A stretch of DNA of 64,000 nt from a virus (Duplodnaviria; Caudoviricetes): IMG/VR virus record IMGVR_UViG_3300021399_000125, positions 1-64,000 of that record; one strand, written 5' to 3'. Below the pieces are notes generated by a model. That model searched no databases. It worked only from the letters and a program-made list of their open reading frames with translations, and was not told the DNA's origin. The position numbers were made by a program, and so were the translations under genes. How positions within the stretch are numbered: position 1 is the first letter of the stretch; each line of letters opens with the position of its first letter. This document shows, one piece after another, positions 57,292 through 64,000 of the stretch.

Positions 57292-57853
57292 CCCGATGGT
57301 TCTTTACACAAGCACAGCAAACAGCCCCGTCCGGGCATACATAGACACGCCTGTCACATTCCAATGCGATGTAGACAGCGTCCCCACCGCCCAATTCGTC
57401 TTTGACCCGCAGCCTTATACGGTGCAATATACTCCAGACCCTCCGCAACTCAACGTCGGCAGCTCTGTGCAGGTGGTTCCCACCTCCACCGAGCTGCGGG
57501 AGATGCTTCTTGAGCTCAACCGCAACGGCGTTTCTGTTGTGGATGATCGTGGGAATATCCGCCCTCTCTTGGATGTCCTCAATGATTACGCCAGGGCCAT
57601 TGCCCTGCCGAATGTTATCACGCGGGTAGAAGAGCCCTTCTCATCCAGGGTTAACAGGATGAGCGGGCTGCTGTCCACGCACATTCCCACGCTGGAGAAA
57701 ATCGTGGCAGACCTGGACGATCAAATCGCCGCCGCCATCCAAAAGCTTCTGGATCCGGTTTCCGAGTCCGCTGACACAGCTTCTCCGCCGGAGGAATTAC
57801 TCTCCTGGCTGGACTCCCTGCCTGTTGCTCCGGTTTCGGAGATCGAGGCATGA
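57266..57853 (+). CDS. hypothetical protein
   Basis: AAGGAGG upstream; C-terminus shared with the next ORF. Confidence 0.55.
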   Translation: MPTDTNTDNPMVLYTSTANSPVRAYIDTPVTFQCDVDSVPTAQFVFDPQPYTVQYTPDPPQLNVGSSVQVVPTSTELREMLLELNRNGVSVVDDRGNIRPLLDVLNDYARAIALPNVITRVEEPFSSRVNRMSGLLSTHIPTLEKIVADLDDQIAAAIQKLLDPVSESADTASPPEELLSWLDSLPVAPVSEIEA

Positions 57854-58194
57854 AGATGCCCGCTACGATGGAGGAGTATGTCCTGTACGGAAACATGGTC
57901 AGTGAGCTTACACTGTACAACGTCCTCTGTTACGATTACAAGGCCGGCGCAAGACCAGTTCATGAAATCCTTTGTGAGTACGCAGACAAGCTGACCAACT
58001 CCGCCAGGGGCAAGCGCCTCACGCTGAGTGAGTATGCCGAGCGCCTGCATAATATGCGCAGGTTTTTGGAGTGGATCCAACCGGATCTGGCGGCCGTCAG
58101 ATTCCCGGCTTCGGAGGAGGCGCCGGCCTCTCCGCCGGCAGAGCTGCTCGCCTGGCTGGACTCCCTGCCCATACAGAAAGAAGGTGATCACTGA
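57850..58194 (+). CDS. hypothetical protein
   Basis: ATGA overlap. Confidence 0.55.
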   Translation: MKMPATMEEYVLYGNMVSELTLYNVLCYDYKAGARPVHEILCEYADKLTNSARGKRLTLSEYAERLHNMRRFLEWIQPDLAAVRFPASEEAPASPPAELLAWLDSLPIQKEGDH

Positions 58195-58787
58195 TGGGCA
58201 AACTATTTTATATCGCCGATACCCACTTCGGCCACGGCAACATTCTCCGCTTTGACGGCCGGCCGTTTTCCTCCGTTGCGCAGATGGAAGACGTCATTGT
58301 CCAAAACTGGAACCGTACGGTCACCGACAAGGACGACGTCTATATCCTGGGCGATTTCTGCTGGGGCAAGGCGGATGACTGGCTGCGGCTTCTCAAACTG
58401 CTCCGCGGCCGCAAGACGCTGATCACCGGCAATCACGATCTCAAGCGCTTTCCAACCGAGGTCCGCAACCGTCTCTGTGACGTCAAGGATTATAAAGAAA
58501 TCATAGACGATGGCCGCAAAATCATCCTCTGCCACTATCCGATTCTGTTCTACCGCCTGAGCTATGTCGAAAACGTCTGGCACTTCCACGGCCACACCCA
58601 CGCCGTCACCCAGGAAGAGGCGGACCGCCTCCGGTTTGTCCGCGCCCTGGTTTCTGAGCATCAGGAGGCGCACACGTTAAACCGCGGCCAGATCGTCAAC
58701 GTGGGCTGCATGATGCCGTATATGGACTACACGCCCCGCACAGCAGACGAGCTCATCGCCTGGTGGAAGGGGGAGTACGGTGCCTAA
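58194..58787 (+). CDS. calcineurin-like metallophosphoesterase
   Basis: ADTHFGH, LGD, GNHD, CHYP, HGHTH. Confidence 0.9.
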   Translation: MGKLFYIADTHFGHGNILRFDGRPFSSVAQMEDVIVQNWNRTVTDKDDVYILGDFCWGKADDWLRLLKLLRGRKTLITGNHDLKRFPTEVRNRLCDVKDYKEIIDDGRKIILCHYPILFYRLSYVENVWHFHGHTHAVTQEEADRLRFVRALVSEHQEAHTLNRGQIVNVGCMMPYMDYTPRTADELIAWWKGEYGA

Positions 58788-61700
58788 TTATATCCCGTAC
58801 CACCTTCACTCCGATTACAGTCTTCTTGATAGCTGCACCAAGTTCCAGGACTATATCGATCTCGCAGTCCAAAACGGGCAAAAGGCCATCTCCTTTTCAG
58901 AGCACGGCAAGCCCTTAAACTGGGTGGAAAAGTGGGCCGCCTGCAAAAAGGCCGGCATCCGCTTCATCCACTCTGTGGAAATTTATCTCACCGAGTCTCT
59001 GGAACCAAAGGTGCGTGACAACTACCACACCGTGCTCATGGCGCGGAACCCCGCCGGGGTTCTGGAGCTCAACGCCCTGGTTAGCAAGTCCTGTGATCCG
59101 GAACATTTTTACTACACCAACCGCATCTCCTTTGATGAGTTTCTTGCCATTTCCGACAACCTCATCTCCACCAGCGCCTGTCTGGCCTCTCCACTGAACA
59201 AGCTCCCGGCAAACCACCCACGGTATCTGGAGCTTGCGCGGAAGTACGATTTTCTGGAAATCCAGCCCCATAACCACCCGGATCAGATTGCGTTCAACAA
59301 GCGGCTGTTCGCCCTGTCCAAACAGCTGGGCAAGCCGCTGATCGCCGGCACAGACACCCACAGCTCTTCTCCTTATAAGGCGGAGTGCCGCGCAGTGCTG
59401 CTGTCCTCCAAGCACAAATCCTACGGTGACGAGGACGCCTTCGATCTCACCTATAAGACCTATGACGAGTTGGTTTCCGCCTTCCGTACCCAATCTGCCC
59501 TCCCTGAGGAGGTATATCTCCAGGCCATTGCAAACACAAACCTTCTGTATGACATGACAGAAGATCTGAATCTGGATCTCTCCGTCAAGTATCCGATCCT
59601 CTACGGTTCTGCAGAGGAGGACGACCGCCGCTTCACCGCCCTGGTGCACAAGAAGTACCGGGAAAAGCTGGAGCGGGGCGTCATCCCGCCGTCGCAAAAG
59701 CCTGCCTTTGACGCCGCCATCCAAGAGGAGCTGCGGGTTCTGCGCAAGCTGGGCATGACCGGGTTCTTGCTCAGCATGTCCGAAATCATCTCCTGGTGCC
59801 GTGACAGCGGCATGGCCGTTGGCACTGCCAGAGGCTCCGTCGGCGGCTGCCGTGTGGCCTATATCACGGATATCATTGATCTGAACCCGGAAACCTGGGG
59901 CACTCTGTTCTCCCGCTTTGCCAACGAGAACCGTGTCGAGCCCGGCGACATTGATACCGACGTGGTAGATACCGACCGGCCCGCAATTTTCCGGCACATC
60001 ATCCAAAAGTTCGGCGCCGATAAGACCGCCCGGGTGGCCTCCTTCGGCACCATGCAGGCCAAGGGCGCCATCGACGATATTGGACGGCACCTCTCCATTC
60101 AGTATGAAAAGGAGCATCCCGGCGCGGAAAACCCCTGGAGCCTGAAGAATATCGCCGCCATCAAGGACGAGTTTGAGGTCGACGAGGCCAAGGCCAGGAA
60201 GAAATATCCCCAGCTGTTCTACTATCTGGACGGGATGCTGGACACCAAGATTTCTCAGTCTGTCCATCCCGCCGGCATCGTGATCTCGCCGGTTACCCTG
60301 GCAGACCGCTACGGGGTTTTTGACAAGGACGGGGAGGCCTGTCTCTTTCTGGACATGGACAACGCCCACCTGGCCGGTCTCATCAAGTACGACATGCTGA
60401 TTCTGAAATCCGTCAAGGTGATCCGGGACGCCTGCAATTACATCGGTATCCCGTATCCAAAAACCTACCAGGTGGATTTCAATGACCCCGCCGTGTGGGA
60501 CAGCATGTGCAAAGACCAGTCCATGATCTTCCAGATGGAGTCCTCCTACGCCGCCCAGTGCTTCAAGCAGTTCAAGCCACGGAACATTTTCGATATGTCC
60601 CTGGTCACCGCCGCCATACGCCCCTCCGGCAGCTCCTACCGCGACGATCTTCTGAAGCGCAAGGTACACAAAAATCCAACAGACGAGCTGGACCGTCTTC
60701 TGCAAAACAACCACGGGTATCTGGTCTACCAGGAAGACGTTTCGAAATACCTGATGGAAATCTGCGGCCTGTCCGGCAGCGACGCCGACACGGTCCGCCG
60801 CGGCATTGCAAAGAAGAAGCTGGATGTGCTGGAGCAGATGATGCCAAAAATCATTGCCGGCTACTGCGCCCGCTCCCCCAAGCCCCGTGAGGTGGCCGAG
60901 CAGGAGGTCCGGCAGTATCTCAAGGTCATCGAGGACGCGTCGTCCTACATGTTCAATTATTCGCACAGCGTGGCCTACTGTCTTCTTGGGTATTACTACG
61001 GATATTTCCGCCATTATTACCCCCACGAGTTTATCACTGCCTATCTCAACAACGCGGCCAACGATGACGACATCCGCGTCGGCACCGCCTATGCAAACAG
61101 GGTCGGTATCCACGTCACCATGCCGAAATGGGGCATCTCCAGGGGCAATTACTTCTTTGATAAGGAGCGCAATCAGATCGCCAAGGGTATTTCCTCCATT
61201 AAATATATGAGTCCCGGCGTTGCGGAGGAATTATACCACCTCTCCACGCAAAAACACTACGCCAGGTTCATGGAGCTGCTCATTGACCTGGATCAGAAGA
61301 CCTCTTTGAACACCAGGCAGCTGGATATCCTGGTCAAGCTGGACTTTTTCTCCGATTTCGGCAACCAGAGGGAGCTTTTGCGCCTTGTGGAGCTGTTTTA
61401 CGAGGTGTTTCACAAGGGACAGGCCAAAAAACTCAGCAAAGAGAAGGTAGACGGCACCATTTTAGAGGCTCCGGTCAAAAAATATGCCGTCGGCACCACA
61501 AAATCCGGGGGAATCGCCAAGAGCTACACACTTTTGGATGTCCAATCCATCCTTTTTGAGGTGGAAGACCTGGTAAAAGGCCTGAAAATGGCCGATTTAA
61601 GCGATCTCAGCAAGGTTCGCAGCTTTGCAGAGGCCATGGGCTACGCCGGTTACGTCTCCGGCGAAGAAAAAGACCGCCGAAAGCTCTATATTATGGACAT

Positions 61701-61911
61701 TTTCCCTGTCAAACGCAAAAAAGACGGCAAACAATTCGGCTACACCGTCCACACCAAGTCCATCGGCAGCGGCAAAGAGGCAAAATTCACGCTTTTCAAC
61801 AAGCTTTACAACTTTTTGCCCATTGCAAAGGGCGATATCATCCTCTGCAAGGGCTTCACCCGGCAGGGGGAGTACTTCAACCTCACCGCATACGACAAAA
61901 TTGTAGAATAA
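58780..61911 (+). CDS. dnaE: DNA polymerase III alpha subunit (family C)
   Basis: PHP HLHSDYSLLD, RGS.GG, DIDTD, HPAG, KYDML, YQE, FN.SH. Confidence 0.95.
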   Translation: MPNYIPYHLHSDYSLLDSCTKFQDYIDLAVQNGQKAISFSEHGKPLNWVEKWAACKKAGIRFIHSVEIYLTESLEPKVRDNYHTVLMARNPAGVLELNALVSKSCDPEHFYYTNRISFDEFLAISDNLISTSACLASPLNKLPANHPRYLELARKYDFLEIQPHNHPDQIAFNKRLFALSKQLGKPLIAGTDTHSSSPYKAECRAVLLSSKHKSYGDEDAFDLTYKTYDELVSAFRTQSALPEEVYLQAIANTNLLYDMTEDLNLDLSVKYPILYGSAEEDDRRFTALVHKKYREKLERGVIPPSQKPAFDAAIQEELRVLRKLGMTGFLLSMSEIISWCRDSGMAVGTARGSVGGCRVAYITDIIDLNPETWGTLFSRFANENRVEPGDIDTDVVDTDRPAIFRHIIQKFGADKTARVASFGTMQAKGAIDDIGRHLSIQYEKEHPGAENPWSLKNIAAIKDEFEVDEAKARKKYPQLFYYLDGMLDTKISQSVHPAGIVISPVTLADRYGVFDKDGEACLFLDMDNAHLAGLIKYDMLILKSVKVIRDACNYIGIPYPKTYQVDFNDPAVWDSMCKDQSMIFQMESSYAAQCFKQFKPRNIFDMSLVTAAIRPSGSSYRDDLLKRKVHKNPTDELDRLLQNNHGYLVYQEDVSKYLMEICGLSGSDADTVRRGIAKKKLDVLEQMMPKIIAGYCARSPKPREVAEQEVRQYLKVIEDASSYMFNYSHSVAYCLLGYYYGYFRHYYPHEFITAYLNNAANDDDIRVGTAYANRVGIHVTMPKWGISRGNYFFDKERNQIAKGISSIKYMSPGVAEELYHLSTQKHYARFMELLIDLDQKTSLNTRQLDILVKLDFFSDFGNQRELLRLVELFYEVFHKGQAKKLSKEKVDGTILEAPVKKYAVGTTKSGGIAKSYTLLDVQSILFEVEDLVKGLKMADLSDLSKVRSFAEAMGYAGYVSGEEKDRRKLYIMDIFPVKRKKDGKQFGYTVHTKSIGSGKEAKFTLFNKLYNFLPIAKGDIILCKGFTRQGEYFNLTAYDKIVE

Positions 61912-61934
61912 AACTTCTGACAGGAGGCTTTCCA

Positions 61935-62162
61935 GTGTCAAAGGTCATTATTTACGCCATACATAGGCGGCCGGCAGCGGCAGTTTGCAACCTCTGCGGC
62001 CGGCCGCTCTCCGGGCAGGATCTTGCCCAACACATTTCCATCGACAAGCGGCTCGGTTACGGCTCCGTACACGATTTGGAGCACGTCCGCATCAAGCTCT
62101 GCTGTCAGTGCCTGGATACCATCATCGACGCCTGTGCCGTCGATCCCATTGTAGAGCCATGA
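61935..62162 (+). CDS. small Zn-binding protein
   Basis: CNLCG...GYGS.HD...LCCQC. Confidence 0.6.
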   Translation: MSKVIIYAIHRRPAAAVCNLCGRPLSGQDLAQHISIDKRLGYGSVHDLEHVRIKLCCQCLDTIIDACAVDPIVEP

Positions 62163-62359
62163 GTCATGACAGATTCCTATACTGTCGCCCGCAGCCTGTG
62201 GGTTCCCTGGTTTTCCGCCGGGGACCCAGGCCTGCCGGCCGATATCACAGGCGCCTATACCGTTCAAAATCCACCGTGTCAATCCCACGGCAGTGAATAC
62301 GTTCTCACGTACGCGCTGCCGGCGGTTTTCCCGAAAACATAGAAACAAAGGAGGTCGTT

Positions 62360-63013
62360 GTGTATTTGAAAAACTACTATGAGGTTCCATTCCAAAACGA
62401 TGTGCTGCAAAATATCAAGGTTTACGGGCTTGCAGACGCGGTTCGTCGGGCAAAGTACCCGATGTCCGCAGACGTGCAGGCACTGAACTCCGATCTCACC
62501 CCCGGGATCCAAAAGCTTGCCTGTGCCGAGCCCGGCGGCGGCCACGATCACTGGCTCTGCGGCGTCAACGTCCAGTTTGATCTCACCTTCACCGTCAAGG
62601 CCTGGACCGAGGCGGAGCGGTACAACTGGTTTGACATCGTCAGCTCCCAGTCCACCATGCACCGCATCACCCGGTTTGATCTGGATAAGGCCTACATCGG
62701 GTATGTAGATCCCCGCATCGTCGCCGTCATGAAGGAGAAGGTCGATGCCTATAACCGGCTGGTGGAAGACTTCAACAGCGGCCTTCTGCCAGATCCGGCG
62801 GAGGCAAAGCGCCGGCAGAACGATCTGTATCTGCAAATCCTGTACAGCAATCCCACCGGCTTCCGTCTCACCGCCGGCATGACCACCAATTATCTGCAGC
62901 TCAAAACCATTTACCGCCAGCGGGCGGGCCACCGCCTTCCGGAGTGGGCTGCGCTCCGTGATGGAATTCGCGCTCTGCCCCACAGCGAGCTGATCACCGC
63001 GGAGGCGCTATGA
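62360..63013 (+). CDS. ThyX-like protein
   Basis: GHD.WL, VSSQSTMH, NY.QLKTIY.QR..HRL.EW; nucleotide metabolism context. Confidence 0.6.
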   Translation: MYLKNYYEVPFQNDVLQNIKVYGLADAVRRAKYPMSADVQALNSDLTPGIQKLACAEPGGGHDHWLCGVNVQFDLTFTVKAWTEAERYNWFDIVSSQSTMHRITRFDLDKAYIGYVDPRIVAVMKEKVDAYNRLVEDFNSGLLPDPAEAKRRQNDLYLQILYSNPTGFRLTAGMTTNYLQLKTIYRQRAGHRLPEWAALRDGIRALPHSELITAEAL

Positions 63014-63543
63014 GAGTATTTCTGATCTCCGGGAAATCCGGCAGTGGTAAGGATACCCTCGCCTCCATGATGGAGCGGTCTCTGACCGAGGCAGGGGAGC
63101 GGGTTCTGATTATTCATTACGCAGACCTCTTAAAGTATGTGTGCCGGCAGTTCTTCGGCTGGGACGGCAATAAGGACCAGGCCGGCCGGAGTCTTCTCCA
63201 GTATGTGGGCACAGATGTGGTCCGCCGCCGGGACGAAAACTACTGGGTCAACTGGGTCTGCGGTTTTATAAAGCTCTTTGAGGTGGAGTGGGACTATGTT
63301 CTGATCCCGGATGCCAGATTCCCAAATGAGGTTTCCATCCCACAAAAGCTGTTCCATGCCACCCATATCCGGGTTTTTCGCCCCGGCTACAAAAACAAGC
63401 TCCTCGCGGAGCAAAAAGAGCACCCGTCCGAGTGTGCGCTGGACAACTGGGATCCTGATATCCCCGTCTGGAACTATACACTGGAGGAGCTGCAAATAGT
63501 AGCGAACGCCATCGTAGAGCTGGCGCTATCCAATCAAATTTAG
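63010..63543 (+). CDS. deoxynucleoside monophosphate kinase
   Basis: SGKSGSGKDT, R.LLQ..GT, DARFPNE, HPSE. Confidence 0.85.
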   Translation: MRVFLISGKSGSGKDTLASMMERSLTEAGERVLIIHYADLLKYVCRQFFGWDGNKDQAGRSLLQYVGTDVVRRRDENYWVNWVCGFIKLFEVEWDYVLIPDARFPNEVSIPQKLFHATHIRVFRPGYKNKLLAEQKEHPSECALDNWDPDIPVWNYTLEELQIVANAIVELALSNQI

Positions 63544-63552
63544 GAGGCCGAA

Positions 63553-63771
63553 ATGGTTACACTTTATTCCACCGGCTGCCCCAGGTGCAGAGTACTGAAG
63601 CAGAAGCTTGACGCAAAGCAGATTGCGTATGAGGTGGTAGACTCCATTGACAAAATGGAGTCCCTTGGCATTGAGTCCGTCCCCGTCCTCTCCGTAGACG
63701 GCGAGCTTCTGCAATTCATCCCCGCCGTCGAGTGGGTAAACGCCGCCCCGGAGGTGTCCCATGCAAATTGA
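63553..63771 (+). CDS. glutaredoxin/NrdH-like redoxin
   Basis: CPRC, SVP.L.VDG. Confidence 0.85.
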   Translation: MVTLYSTGCPRCRVLKQKLDAKQIAYEVVDSIDKMESLGIESVPVLSVDGELLQFIPAVEWVNAAPEVSHAN

Positions 63772-64000
63772 ACTGAATCTTGATCGGGACTTTGAGCGGT
63801 TTTTGAGCGCCCTTGGGGAGAAGTACGGCACCGATTTTGAAAAGCTCAACGGCGTCCATAAGTCTCAGCTGGACTACTCCGACTTTATGGACAGCTTCAT
63901 CGACAGCGAAACCGTTGCGGATGCCTCCGTAGACGGCAGCTCCAACGTACACAAAAAGGACATCGTGACTCTCCGCTCCGAGATGTCCAAACCCCACGAA
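63761..64000 (+). CDS. nrdD: anaerobic ribonucleotide reductase, N-terminus (runs off window)
   Basis: MQIELNL...ADASVDGSSNV...EMSKPH; follows glutaredoxin; only 80 codons visible. Confidence 0.6.
   Translation, partial: MQIELNLDRDFERFLSALGEKYGTDFEKLNGVHKSQLDYSDFMDSFIDSETVADASVDGSSNVHKKDIVTLRSEMSKPHE

Overview
This 64-kb window is part of a large SPbeta-like tailed phage or prophage, probably of a Clostridia host (inferred from gene content, AGGAGG RBSs and sigma-A promoters). No host housekeeping block or att site is recognisable. Left arm (1-19.7 kb, minus strand): an amidase endolysin, three structural-type proteins with a related N-terminus, portal, a terminase large subunit split by two group I introns (one carrying tnpB, i.e. 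an IStron), HU, two tyrosine recombinases, a YonO-type RNA polymerase and a helicase-like gene. Right arm (20.3-64 kb, plus strand): early/accessory genes, four tRNAs, ArdA, a macrodomain protein, a radical SAM protein, IscS, MazF-like and MrpR-like genes, then replication and nucleotide metabolism genes (ERF, SSB, PD-(D/E)XK nuclease, DnaB, DnaG, DnaE, ThyX-like, dNMP kinase, glutaredoxin, NrdD). The most unusual part is 24.7-33.7 kb. It holds a ubiquitin-like conjugation module (Ubl, E2-like, JAB, E1/ThiF) followed by a retron-type reverse transcriptase. The RT is surrounded by three msr/msd-like non-coding cassettes that share a hairpin but carry different structured cargo, and a tandem family of three paralogous small proteins follows. 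A ~750-nt structured non-coding region ending in an aberrant tRNA-like domain lies at 38.2-38.9 kb. All calls are from reading the sequence by eye; no database search or folding program was run.
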